64,000 nt of DNA from an uncultured Eubacteriales bacterium. Lineage in GTDB: Bacteria > Acidobacteriota > Aminicenantia > Aminicenantales > Aminicenantaceae. A model generated the notes under the pieces. It searched no databases. It saw nothing but the letters and a program-made list of their open reading frames with translations, and had not been told where the DNA came from. The DNA lies in assembly GCA_964633715.1 (NCBI GenBank), contig CAZWHQ010000004.1:5354-69353 (forward strand), written 5' to 3'. The position numbers and the translations under genes are program-made. Below, piece after piece: positions 1-9,509 of the stretch; position 1 is the stretch's first letter, and each line of letters opens with the position of its first letter.

Positions 1-1864
1 TTCGATAGGTTGTGAGAAAAAACTCTGACTTTTTTTTCTTTATTGTTGATTCAGAGATTTTACTGAATAGAACAGGATTGATGTTGATCTTGGCAGGATG
101 AATTTTTTCTGGAGCCGGCTTCAAAGTTCGGGTGTTGGATTCCTCGCTCCAGAAACCTGTTTTTATGAGAGATTTGAATCCTCCGGAATCTGTGGGGCCA
201 AACATTTGTTCAACTTTTTGAGAATAAAATTCAAAAGTATTTTTGAAGGAAAAGCTCGTGCGAATCTTTCCGCCTATCCTCCTTGCCCATTCGATACAGA
301 CATTGCCGACTTCTTTGGCTTCTCCCAGAGGAAGAAAAGTTGGATTTATGACTTTGCCCACTTCGAAATCAGGAGATCGTAATATTTTAGCTGGGCTTTG
401 AAGAGAGACAACCGGTTGTCTTAAGTTAAGAACAGCTCTTTGATCCAGAGAAGGAGCGTAATCTAGTCCCCAACTTTCGAGATAGGTAGCGGCCGGAAGT
501 ACAAGATCGGCCAACATGGCTGTTTCTGTCATGTGTGTGTCCATAACAACTAAAAAGTTCACTTTTGTTTTATCCTTGAAGAACTGCTGGACAACGCGAT
601 TGTGAGATTCGTCAAACACAGGATTAGTTTTATAGGTTAAATAAATATGAGGCGGTGTATCTGAATGGAGCACATCTATGATCCCATTAAGGTATTCTGT
701 ATTTTGAGTTCCAAAAGTATGGGGAAATATTGTCTGGGGTGTACGGGGGAAAAAAAGTCCTCCTTCTTTTTCCAGATTCCCAACCAACCAATTCAAGAGA
801 AGAATGCTGCTGATACTCCCGACCCCTTGCTGTTGGTCTGCAACACCTCCACCAGCTACGGCAATGGAGGGTTTCTGAGTAGCGAATTCAACGGCAATTT
901 TTTCGATGACAGAAGCTTCGATACCACTTTCTTTTTCAGCCCTTGAAGGAGGGTAATCCGAAAGATGAGCTTTTAAATTTGGTAGAGATGTGTTTGTTCT
1001 TCTGGTTATAAAATCTGAGTCTGTAAGATTATTTTTGAGTATTGTGTGAGCCATAGCCAGGGCCACTATTCCATCGGTCCCGGATTTTACAGGAATCCAC
1101 AGATGACTTTTTGCGGCTGTCTCCGACATGCGGACATCAAAGCTGATAAGTTTTGCTCCTTTTTCCGTTTGAGCTTTTATCAGGCTGCCAGCCACACCGA
1201 TAAATTGGTCGTGATGCGCAAAGGGATTGGCGCCAAAATTGAGGATGGTTCGACTTCTGCTGAAATCCGGAAGAAGAGAAGGCGACTCCGTCATTTGTCT
1301 AAAGGAAAGTTCTTCATTTTTTCTGTTTAGAGTGGAGCGATTTAAAATAGACGAATTCGCTATAGTCCGGATAAAACGATCTAGGAGAGGATCGAATTGT
1401 CCCAGGTCCAAAACAAACCTGGAGTTTTGACTCCCCCCATTCAATTGGCGAATATGGGAGATCATCATCTCATGAGCCTCATCCCATGTGATCCTTGCCC
1501 AGTAGCCTTCTCCTCTTTGCCCGATTCTTTTCATTGGAAAAAGCAGTCTTTCCGGATCATAGACCAGATTTAATCCGGCAATTCCCCTTGCACAAATTCC
1601 TCCCTTGTTAACCGGATGATCGGGATTTCCTAAAATCTGGACACAGCGATCTCCATTTAAGTACGCTAAGATGCCGCATCCTGCCGCACATAAACCACAA
1701 GTTGTTGGAAAAACACGAAGGTTTTTTAAAGACGTTCGGGAGACCGCTTGTCTGGATTGAGTTGATGAATACTCTTGAAGAGCTTTTCCATCAAAGGCTG
1801 TACCGGCTAGACAGGCTAAGCCGGTCTTCATGAACCGTCGTCTCGAATAATTGACTTTATACAT
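1..1864 (-). CDS. Molybdopterin oxidoreductase catalytic subunit (CISM family, PsrA/PhsA/TtrA-like). Partial: the C-terminus lies beyond the window start. Has an N-terminal twin-arginine signal MYKVNYSRRRFMKTGLA followed by an FS0-type CxxCxxxC...C motif (TCGLCAAGCG...C).
   Basis: Manual reverse-strand translation gives one uninterrupted frame from 1864 down to position 1. The six-frame track lists no minus ORF here because it runs off the edge. The Tat motif SRRRF and the Cys cluster typical of the MopB N-terminus are present. The gene sits just downstream of NrfD-like and FeS subunit genes. Confidence 0.8.
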   Translation of the reverse strand, partial: MYKVNYSRRRFMKTGLACLAGTAFDGKALQEYSSTQSRQAVSRTSLKNLRVFPTTCGLCAAGCGILAYLNGDRCVQILGNPDHPVNKGGICARGIAGLNLVYDPERLLFPMKRIGQRGEGYWARITWDEAHEMMISHIRQLNGGSQNSRFVLDLGQFDPLLDRFIRTIANSSILNRSTLNRKNEELSFRQMTESPSLLPDFSRSRTILNFGANPFAHHDQFIGVAGSLIKAQTEKGAKLISFDVRMSETAAKSHLWIPVKSGTDGIVALAMAHTILKNNLTDSDFITRRTNTSLPNLKAHLSDYPPSRAEKESGIEASVIEKIAVEFATQKPSIAVAGGGVADQQQGVGSISSILLLNWLVGNLEKEGGLFFPRTPQTIFPHTFGTQNTEYLNGIIDVLHSDTPPHIYLTYKTNPVFDESHNRVVQQFFKDKTKVNFLVVMDTHMTETAMLADLVLPAATYLESWGLDYAPSLDQRAVLNLRQPVVSLQSPAKILRSPDFEVGKVINPTFLPLGEAKEVGNVCIEWARRIGGKIRTSFSFKNTFEFYSQKVEQMFGPTDSGGFKSLIKTGFWSEESNTRTLKPAPEKIHPAKININPVLFSKISESTIKKKKSEFFLTTYR

Positions 1865-1875
1865 ACAGGTTGCCT

Positions 1876-2772
1876 TTATATGAGCGGGATAAACTCTCCG
1901 CCCAAAACGACTACATATCTCATAAAAAAGATTCCAATAAAAACAAGAATTGATGCGATAATGACTGTGGTTTTTGTTCTGAACCTTGGGATAAAAAGCA
2001 GAAAAAGCGGAACAATTTTTCCGAGGAAATTTTCTATGAGCAAAAACATGAGGCTGAACTGTCCAAAAAGGATCAGATGAGCGGCCGCTTGTGCATCTGA
2101 ATGAGAAATGGACAGCACGATGAGATCGCAGCCAACAAGAAACAGATCAAGTACGATTGCCCATGCCAGCAGTTTTCCCATACTGAAAACTAGATCCTTG
2201 TTTATTGATTTAGATTTAGAAAAGAAAGATTCTTTGATGCTGTAGACCAATATCATTAAAGCGATCCCGGAAACAATGGCTGAGGCAAGAAATAGAATGG
2301 GCATCAATGCCGTATTCCAGAGAGCTCGAGCTTTCCCAAAGGCCAAAATAAAGCCTGTGTAACCATGAACGAGAATCGCTAGAGGAATACCTATAAATCC
2401 AAAAATTCTTGTCGGCTTGTTCTTCTCCTTGAACATAAAATAGGCATAAATGAGACAGTTAATCGGGTAAAGTATAAGGAGGAATGTACCCCATGTGATA
2501 GGGGATGACATGTTAAGATAGGTAAAAAGATGCCAGGCTCTTTGTGGCTGGCCAATGTGCAAAAGGAGAAAGAGAGGAGCAACGATAAGAAGAGTTGTTG
2601 CGAGAACAACGCCTATCCGGGCGATGGGTTTAAATTTTTCCATACCAAAGCAGCAAGCCAGAGTCGAAAGGATGAATGATTCAGCACTTAAACCTGTGAG
2701 GTAAAAATAGATTGCGATAAAAATTCCGAAAGCTTCCTGCTGGAATGTGTTGTATAGAATTTGACTTTCCAC
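1876..2772 (-). CDS. NrfD/PsrC-type integral membrane quinone-interacting subunit (polysulfide reductase NrfD family).
   Basis: 298 aa, about 8 predicted TM helices, hydrophobic NrfD-like pattern, located between the FeS subunit and the molybdopterin subunit. Confidence 0.8.
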   Translation of the reverse strand: MESQILYNTFQQEAFGIFIAIYFYLTGLSAESFILSTLACCFGMEKFKPIARIGVVLATTLLIVAPLFLLLHIGQPQRAWHLFTYLNMSSPITWGTFLLILYPINCLIYAYFMFKEKNKPTRIFGFIGIPLAILVHGYTGFILAFGKARALWNTALMPILFLASAIVSGIALMILVYSIKESFFSKSKSINKDLVFSMGKLLAWAIVLDLFLVGCDLIVLSISHSDAQAAAHLILFGQFSLMFLLIENFLGKIVPLFLLFIPRFRTKTTVIIASILVFIGIFFMRYVVVLGGEFIPLI

Positions 2773-2783
2773 GTTAATCTCTC

Positions 2784-3401
2784 TTAGTCTTCTTTTTCCT
2801 TCTTTGCTTCGACAGTGTCGATATCCAAGTCGATGTAAAATGTGTGAGGAGACGTGCCCATCTCAGGTTTGATCACTTGAACAGCATTTTTTGCGATGGC
2901 TTTAGAGATATCGCTATGAGGATCGTTTCTGTCTCCGAATAAGATAGCTCCTGTGGGACAGGCTAATGAACAGGCTGGCTCCAGTCCTGCATCCACACGG
3001 TGATGACACCAAAAACATTTTTCCGCAATTTTTTTCTTCGGGTGAATGTAGCGGACTCCATAAGGGCAGGACGCCATACAGTATCGGCATCCGATGCATC
3101 TGTGTGGATCAATATAGACGATTCCATCCGGACGTATGATTCCAGCGTTGACTGGACAGACAGTCACACAGATGGGCTTTTCGCAGTTGTTGCAGACGAT
3201 GGGGAGGAAATACTCTCTTGTGTCGGGGAATCGGCCCTTTTCGATTTTTTTCACCCAGCTCCTCCAAACACCCAAGGGAACATCGTTCTCGCTTTTGCAG
3301 GCTATTGCACAGGCCATACAACCTATGCATTTGCGCAGGTCAAAGAGCATCGCTAATCTTTTATTCGAGCTTTTCATCGCTCTTTTCCTTGGATTCCTCA
3401 T
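2784..3401 (-). CDS. 4x[4Fe-4S] ferredoxin-type electron-transfer subunit (PsrB/NrfC/DmsB-like).
   Basis: Four Cys clusters: CIGCMACAIAC, CNNCEKPICVTVCP, CIGCRYCMASCP and CFWC...CSLACP. 205 aa. The true start is probably an internal Met (MKSS or MLFDL), which would remove most of the overlap with the upstream cytochrome gene. Confidence 0.85.
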   Translation of the reverse strand: MRNPRKRAMKSSNKRLAMLFDLRKCIGCMACAIACKSENDVPLGVWRSWVKKIEKGRFPDTREYFLPIVCNNCEKPICVTVCPVNAGIIRPDGIVYIDPHRCIGCRYCMASCPYGVRYIHPKKKIAEKCFWCHHRVDAGLEPACSLACPTGAILFGDRNDPHSDISKAIAKNAVQVIKPEMGTSPHTFYIDLDIDTVEAKKEKED

Positions 3402-4233
3402 GAATCTTTTGAGTGTTTACCCAGACGATCATTTTCTGAATGAACTTTTTACGTTTCTTATTAACGATAAACATACCTAGACCAAGAAGTGAAAAAATGA
3501 CCAAACCACTCCCTACAAAATTGAATCCCGCCCACCGAACGGAATCGAGGTGAATGGGGCCTAAAATTTTACCTCCTTTTTTGCTGACATCATGGCAGCG
3601 AGAACAGTATTCCTTATAATCGCGCTTGGTCCCGTGCGCAGAATCTCCATAATGACAAGAGATGCAAATATTCATGTCGAATTTTTGAGATAAATCACCC
3701 TTGCGGTGTCCAGAAATTTTTCCAAGAGATGTCCCTTTGAAAATTCCTTTGACGCTCACTTCGGGATGGCAGATAGTACATGTCTTGCCAATGTTGGTTT
3801 CATGAACAGAAGATTCTGGATGATCGTGTAGGAGAACAAAATGTTTGGTATGACAGTCATAACACAAAGGGAGAGTTTTTCCCGGTGTCACATCTCTGTA
3901 TTCAAAATGTATGTTTTTTGTATACTCCTCCTCTTCTTCTGGATGGCAGCTTGCGCAGTTTACTTTTTTAAAACCCTCTCTAAAGTGGAGAGAAGGTGTC
4001 GCCTGGACATGACAGTCCACACAGGTCATCCCGATATTAAAATGAACATCCTGAGCCCATTTGGATGGATCGACGTAAAGAGAACGTCTACTCCCATTTT
4101 TAAGAGTTTGAGAGATTTCAGGCTTTTCATGGCATTTGAGGCAGTCTTTGTCAACAATGGATTGTGCATAAAAAGGAAGAATGGACAATCCAAATAGGAG
4201 AAAAACTAAAATCCCAATTGTTTTCAAATGCAT
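3361..4233 (-). CDS. Membrane-anchored multiheme c-type cytochrome with seven CxxCH motifs.
   Basis: Signal peptide, then CLKCH, CVDCH, CASCH, CYDCH, CTICH, CISCH and CSRCH, and a C-terminal TM helix followed by KKRKK. Confidence 0.85.
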   Translation of the reverse strand: MHLKTIGILVFLLFGLSILPFYAQSIVDKDCLKCHEKPEISQTLKNGSRRSLYVDPSKWAQDVHFNIGMTCVDCHVQATPSLHFREGFKKVNCASCHPEEEEEYTKNIHFEYRDVTPGKTLPLCYDCHTKHFVLLHDHPESSVHETNIGKTCTICHPEVSVKGIFKGTSLGKISGHRKGDLSQKFDMNICISCHYGDSAHGTKRDYKEYCSRCHDVSKKGGKILGPIHLDSVRWAGFNFVGSGLVIFSLLGLGMFIVNKKRKKFIQKMIVWVNTQKIHEESKEKSDEKLE

Positions 4234-4324
4234 TTCTGCATGACTCTCATCAAGTTGATTTACCTATCACATTTGCCATGAATAGACAAAATTTGAACAC
4301 AACATCCTTTTGTTGTCAAGATAC

Positions 4325-5152
4325 TCAGAAGGGGACCACAATTCCCCACATGAATTTATAGAATTTATCTTTGTTTCCAAGCTGGCTTAGCCGGATATCC
4401 TTCCAGATGCTTGAGCCTATGGATATCTCTAAGGATTTAAAAATCCGGGTGCGGATAAACAGGGTCGCCAAATAGGTCTGGCCTGATGCAAACAGTTCAT
4501 TAGTCTGTGCAAAAATCTGACCGTGTAAACCAATGCCATTTTCGAACCAGTATCCCAGCCTTATCCCATATTCCTGTTTCACCCTCTCTCCGGACATATC
4601 GAGATAGCTCCTCTGATTGGTATTATGAAGGAACCAAGTAAAAGGTTCGATATAGAGGTTTCCTGTTTCGAATGGAATCCCCAAGCCGATATAATTACGG
4701 TTGAGAAAATAGGCGCCTAAATCCCGTTGACTTTTATGATCAGAATCATGGTTGCTGTCATGCCCGATGTACAGTACAAGATTATCGAAAACTGTCTGCC
4801 TGATGGAAAAATGCCAGTCAAACTTTGTTCTCCGGTTGCCGTCATCATGGGTGACAAGTTGCGCGAGAAATCGTGTCGTTGGCGTAAAATAAATAGTGTT
4901 CTGGAAGCCAAAGTTCCAACGGTCTATGGATCCGGACCTGTCATTGAAACTAGGAAAAGTACTTGGAGACTGGAGATGTCCAAAAAATTCTCCATGAACG
5001 GTTATTTTTTTTCCCAAGCTCAGGCTGTTTTTTTCTGGTTTTGGCCTGAAGATGAAAATCTCTTGGGCAAAAGCCTTTGTGGTGAGATTTAAAGAGACTA
5101 GAAGGAGAATAAGGAAAGGATAAAGAATGTTTTTTTCAAATTTAAAATTCAT
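4325..5152 (-). CDS. Putative outer-membrane beta-barrel protein (signal peptide, C-terminal aromatic residue).
   Basis: Signal peptide ending AFAQ, alternating amphipathic strands, and a terminal ...GIVVPF typical of proteins inserted into the outer membrane by the BAM machinery. Overlaps the upstream TonB-receptor gene by 11 nt, which suggests an operon. Confidence 0.45.
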   Translation of the reverse strand: MNFKFEKNILYPFLILLLVSLNLTTKAFAQEIFIFRPKPEKNSLSLGKKITVHGEFFGHLQSPSTFPSFNDRSGSIDRWNFGFQNTIYFTPTTRFLAQLVTHDDGNRRTKFDWHFSIRQTVFDNLVLYIGHDSNHDSDHKSQRDLGAYFLNRNYIGLGIPFETGNLYIEPFTWFLHNTNQRSYLDMSGERVKQEYGIRLGYWFENGIGLHGQIFAQTNELFASGQTYLATLFIRTRIFKSLEISIGSSIWKDIRLSQLGNKDKFYKFMWGIVVPF

Positions 5153-8123
5153 AGGCCAATCCTAAACGAAAGACACGCGGGGATTGGATTTCTGTTGCAT
5201 AGCGGAGAGGGAATTCAAGGCTTGTCCATTCATTCTCTTCCGTTGCAAGAGATCTATTCGTCATATTAAAACCATCGAGGATGATCCGCAGTCTTGATTC
5301 TCCGATGTTGAACGTTTTTTCAATTCTTATATCAATGGTCCTGTTATATTCGTATCTTGCTTTTCCCCGGGGATGTGCCTGGATATAAAAGGGGCCTTGA
5401 TTCATTCCCGTGACGATAATTTTTCTCGCGAATGGCTGGCCATCATAGTATTTTATGATTCCGGATAATTTGATTCCCAGAGGTGCCAGATAGATCAGTC
5501 CTAGCCTTCCCGTATAACCTCTGTCAAATCGCGGATTTCCTTCTGAATTGATTAATGTATTCGGATTGTCATAAAGCTTTCCGACAACTCCGTCATCATT
5601 TTCCCATTCTGAATTTCCTGGATTAGTCGAACTAATTGCATTGACAGCTGTCAGAGAAAGGAAGAATGTGAAGTGATCTCCATATTTTTTTAATAGGGTC
5701 AGGTCAAGCCCATAATAATAGGACTTCCTGTTATTTGAATCGGCATTTGTGAGCAAATAATAATCCTGCCCCAAGCTCTCTGCTATCTGGTTATAAACAG
5801 TAAAAGTCAGATCATCGTGTGTATCGGGAATCCTGTCATCTCCAACATCTTGGATTTCCACCTCTTCGTACGATGTGTCTGGAACTCCAGTATTGATTGT
5901 TTCGACGAGGTCCTTTGTCCTGCGATAAAATCCTGAAAGAGTAAGGATCCAACCGGGACCAAAAGAATTGACGTAGGCAAGAGCAAGTTCATCGGTAAAC
6001 GGCCGTTTGAGATCCGGATCGATCTGAGAAAATAAAGGGCCTTCCCTCCTAAGAAGGTTTCCCATTTCCTCGGGTTGAAAGATGTTGTCTGAAGATGCAT
6101 CATTCCAAGCATAGATTTCTGTACCAAGAGCATCGCGATTTCCATATGTGAGATAGTTAAGGGGGAGAGTATGAAAGTATCGTGCCGCAGAGAATTTAAT
6201 AACGGAAGTCTTTGTTTCAGTCAGAGGAATTGTAAGACCAAATCGAGGAGAAAGATTGAGCCAGTCTATGTTGTATTTTAATCCGGCGGTGGCCGGTGTG
6301 TCGGGGAACCAACCTCTACTCATGGCGATATTGAATCCGAAATACAGAGAAACTAAATTAGAAAAAGTCCATGCTTCCTGGAGAAAAAAGTTTAAATGAT
6401 AGGACGTTTCATAGTGATGAACTGGAGTGTTGAATAGAGCGACTTGAAGAGGGTGGTTATTGAATGTATAAAGATGCCTGTTGTTTTGAATATCGAAAAG
6501 CGTGGAAGCTGTGGCATATTTGAGCTGTAGACCATACTGCAGTTTATGCATGGCACCAAAAATGGTGGGTAGTAGAGATTGCCCGCGGAGTTTAAAACTC
6601 ATCGTTTGCCGAGTGCTGTCGGTTTGAAAAGGGGCAATGCCGCTGGGTACATGTGTGAATATATCTGCTGTGTAATCTGAGGATAGGTTTTCCTGGAAAC
6701 TAGACCGTTGATCTCCATAAGCAAAGCTAAGACCTGCCTGAAGGATATGATTTGTTCCAAAATGGCCGTTCCAAAACAGCTGGAGGACATGGAATAAATT
6801 TTTTTTATCGGTTGTCGAAGAAAAAGGAATGTCTCGGCCGGCCCCAAAGGTAGGGGAAGATATAGTCTGTCCAGTCCAAAGAAAACGAAAATAGCTGTTG
6901 GCCATCTGGTATTTTAAGCTGAATAAACCTGTGACCACAGAGCTTTCATCTGTTGTCTCGAACTCGGCCAAGTCTCTCCCTATGCTATAGACCGAGGCAG
7001 ATGTCGAGAAATCCAATTTTCCCGGAACGATTGGTCCGGAAATACGGATGTTTCCATCTGTAAAATAATCAAACATGTTGCTTTCGAAAATCCCTTCCCG
7101 TTCCACACGAGGGATGATATTCGTACTCCGGAATTTTTTTGGGATAAAAAATGTGCAAAGACTTCCAGTGAGTTTAGATGATTCTTCCCTTGTTATAAGA
7201 TTAAAATGTCCTCCTGGTGACAGCGCATAAGGCGGATGACCAGCGTTGGTGAGTTGGGAGTACTGAAAACTGAAAAAATCCGGGTAAAAGAGGGGTATTC
7301 CTGACAAAAATGGATCGGTCACATCCATTCCATTGAGCAAGTAAACATTCTGAGTCCAAGAGCTGTTTCCACGCGAACCGAATAGAGCGGGGCGATCTCC
7401 CCAAAGACCTCCAACATCGATACGATTGGTCGTCGCGGAGAGATCCTGGTTTTCGATAAGAGACCAGACATTGTGAGCTGATGGCGTCGAATGGATTTGA
7501 GTTTCGTTCAAAATTGTCTGAAACACATTGTCCGTATAATCGATGGTGGATATAACGGATTCATTCAAATTGTCCGAAGATGTTGAAAGGACAACAGACA
7601 CAAAAAGTGTCTGAGATGGATCCAAAAGTATATTTTCAAGGATCTGAGGCTGGAGGTTTTCTTTATCAAATCGAATGGAGTATCTTCCTGGTTGGAGTCC
7701 GGTTATATGGAAGGCCCCATTTTCATCGGATTGAATGGATTGCTGCCATTCATACTGTTGATGTCTCAATTGGATAAGGACCTGAGGTAGAGGATTTTCC
7801 TCAAAATCCTTGCATGTACCCCAAATTGTGCCAAAATTATTTGCTAATAAAGAGGAATTTAAAAAGGAAAAAAATAGACACAGAACAAAAACAAAATATT
7901 TTTTATAGAAAATGCCTCTCAGCCTGCTGCTCCTCAATTTATAGCCAGTCTTGTTATTTATGACTTTTTTATTCTCACCTGTCAAGAATAAATGAAAAAC
8001 AGCAAGCTTTTCCATGGCCACGATGGATTTGAAGGGGGTCTTTTCTATACAGGTGGGAAAGGATATAATACGGCCACCATTAAGGAGAGTAGCGAACAAT
8101 GGACGAAAAATGTGATATTGCAA
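5142..8123 (-). CDS. TonB-dependent receptor-like outer-membrane protein with an N-terminal carboxypeptidase-regulatory-like (CarbopepD_reg) domain. The real start is probably the Met near 8015 (MEKLAV...).
   Basis: CarbopepD_reg-like segment (GAFHITGLQPGRYSIRF), a long beta-barrel region, and a C-terminal ...RVFRLGLAYEF typical of TonB-dependent receptor barrels. Starting at 8123 as annotated would overlap the divergent lpd start and its ribosome-binding site (RBS). Confidence 0.65.
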   Translation of the reverse strand: MQYHIFRPLFATLLNGGRIISFPTCIEKTPFKSIVAMEKLAVFHLFLTGENKKVINNKTGYKLRSSRLRGIFYKKYFVFVLCLFFSFLNSSLLANNFGTIWGTCKDFEENPLPQVLIQLRHQQYEWQQSIQSDENGAFHITGLQPGRYSIRFDKENLQPQILENILLDPSQTLFVSVVLSTSSDNLNESVISTIDYTDNVFQTILNETQIHSTPSAHNVWSLIENQDLSATTNRIDVGGLWGDRPALFGSRGNSSWTQNVYLLNGMDVTDPFLSGIPLFYPDFFSFQYSQLTNAGHPPYALSPGGHFNLITREESSKLTGSLCTFFIPKKFRSTNIIPRVEREGIFESNMFDYFTDGNIRISGPIVPGKLDFSTSASVYSIGRDLAEFETTDESSVVTGLFSLKYQMANSYFRFLWTGQTISSPTFGAGRDIPFSSTTDKKNLFHVLQLFWNGHFGTNHILQAGLSFAYGDQRSSFQENLSSDYTADIFTHVPSGIAPFQTDSTRQTMSFKLRGQSLLPTIFGAMHKLQYGLQLKYATASTLFDIQNNRHLYTFNNHPLQVALFNTPVHHYETSYHLNFFLQEAWTFSNLVSLYFGFNIAMSRGWFPDTPATAGLKYNIDWLNLSPRFGLTIPLTETKTSVIKFSAARYFHTLPLNYLTYGNRDALGTEIYAWNDASSDNIFQPEEMGNLLRREGPLFSQIDPDLKRPFTDELALAYVNSFGPGWILTLSGFYRRTKDLVETINTGVPDTSYEEVEIQDVGDDRIPDTHDDLTFTVYNQIAESLGQDYYLLTNADSNNRKSYYYGLDLTLLKKYGDHFTFFLSLTAVNAISSTNPGNSEWENDDGVVGKLYDNPNTLINSEGNPRFDRGYTGRLGLIYLAPLGIKLSGIIKYYDGQPFARKIIVTGMNQGPFYIQAHPRGKARYEYNRTIDIRIEKTFNIGESRLRIILDGFNMTNRSLATEENEWTSLEFPLRYATEIQSPRVFRLGLAYEF

Positions 8124-9499
8124 TTTTAGGAGGCGGACCTGGTGGTTATGTTGCGGCCATTCGCGGCGCTCAACTCAAGAAAAAAGTCTTGCTTATTGAA
8201 AAAGATCTGATTGGGGGAACTTGTTTGAACCATGGGTGTATCCCTACAAAATATCTTCTTCATCAAACTCAAATGCTCAGGGAACTCAAGGGTCAAACAA
8301 ATATTGAGGGGCCTATTGAGCAGATACGGTTGAATTGGTCCAAGGTTCAAGAAGGAAAAAGGAACAGCGTGGAAAGGCTTGTTAAGGGCATTGAATTTCT
8401 CTTGAAGAAAAATGGTGTGCAGATTTTACGTGGTGAAGCCAGTTTAAAATCAGAGAAAGAAGTGGCCGTCCAATCCAAGGAAGAAATGAGAATTTTCCCT
8501 GATAAGATAATTCTGGCGACAGGAAGTGAATCAGCCGGTTTGCCATTCCTCCAACCAGATGGGAAAAAAATTGTCACCAGTAAAGAAGCCCTTGGGTTGA
8601 ATGAGCTGCCTCAACGTCTGTTGATTGTTGGAGCTGGAGCCATAGGGCTGGAGATGGGGACGATTTTTCATCGAATGGGTTGTGATGTGACCATCCTGGA
8701 AATTGAAAAAAATGTTCTGCCGGGGATCGATCGTGATATGGCCGTGCGACTGGAAAGGCTCTTAAAGGCCCAAGGACTCAAAATCTATACGCAGATGAAA
8801 ATTGAAAAAAAAGATCTGAAAAATGGGATTGTCGAACTGGAAGGGATAAATCTGAAGACGTCATCCCGGTTTTCTTTTGCGGCCGACAAAGTGCTTCTTG
8901 CTACAGGGAGGACTCCGAATTCTGAAGAATTCAGGGAGAAAGATGCAAGACTGATTTTTGATCCTTTTGGATTTTTAAAGGTCGATTTTAAGCTTGAGAC
9001 AGGGATTCCTGGAATTTATGCCATTGGGGATCTCATTGGGGGGAAATTGCTGGCCCACAAAGCGTCCCATGAAGGAATTTTTGCTGTTGAAAATGCTTGT
9101 GGACAAACAAGAGCTAAAAAAGACAATGCGCTGCCCTCTGCCGTGTTTACCGAACCCGAATTTGCCTGGGTTGGGATTACGGAGTCGGAAGCCAAAAACA
9201 AAGGCCTCTCTGTTTTTACGGGGCTTTTTACTCTCCAGGCAAACAGCCGGGCCTTGACAATGGGAAAGCTGGACGGAATGGTCAAAATCTTAAGTGACTC
9301 TGAAGAACGGATATTAGGCGCACAAATCCTTTCTCCACATGCAAGTGAAATTGTCATGGAAGTCACATTAGCCATTCAGAAAAGGCTCAAACTGTCCGAC
9401 CTTTCTTCTGTGATCCATATTCATCCAACTCTCTCCGAAGCCGTGATGGAGGCTGCCCTCAAGGCAAAAGGTGAAGCCATCCATATGCTCAACACTTAG
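8099..9499 (+). CDS. lpdA: Dihydrolipoyl dehydrogenase (E3 component).
   Basis: FAD-binding GGGPGG, redox-active disulfide GGTCLNHGCIPTK, NAD-binding GAGAIGLE, and the C-terminal interface domain with HAHPTLSE. An AAGGAG RBS lies upstream. Confidence 0.9.
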   Translation: MDEKCDIAILGGGPGGYVAAIRGAQLKKKVLLIEKDLIGGTCLNHGCIPTKYLLHQTQMLRELKGQTNIEGPIEQIRLNWSKVQEGKRNSVERLVKGIEFLLKKNGVQILRGEASLKSEKEVAVQSKEEMRIFPDKIILATGSESAGLPFLQPDGKKIVTSKEALGLNELPQRLLIVGAGAIGLEMGTIFHRMGCDVTILEIEKNVLPGIDRDMAVRLERLLKAQGLKIYTQMKIEKKDLKNGIVELEGINLKTSSRFSFAADKVLLATGRTPNSEEFREKDARLIFDPFGFLKVDFKLETGIPGIYAIGDLIGGKLLAHKASHEGIFAVENACGQTRAKKDNALPSAVFTEPEFAWVGITESEAKNKGLSVFTGLFTLQANSRALTMGKLDGMVKILSDSEERILGAQILSPHASEIVMEVTLAIQKRLKLSDLSSVIHIHPTLSEAVMEAALKAKGEAIHMLNT

Positions 9500-9509
9500 A
9501 GGCCCCATC

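Noticed and set aside
98-1430. Plus-strand ORFs 98-382, 665-946, 1046-1330 and 1227-1430 in the six-frame track.
   Set aside because: They lie entirely inside the long uninterrupted minus-strand frame encoding the Tat-signal molybdopterin oxidoreductase. They have no motifs and are shadow ORFs.
2391-4197. Numerous short opposite-strand ORFs inside the NrfD, FeS and cytochrome genes (for example 3000-3356, 3136-3480, 3841-4197).
   Set aside because: They overlap genes with strong family motifs (CxxCH x7; 4x ferredoxin clusters). Their products are low-complexity and look like shadow frames.
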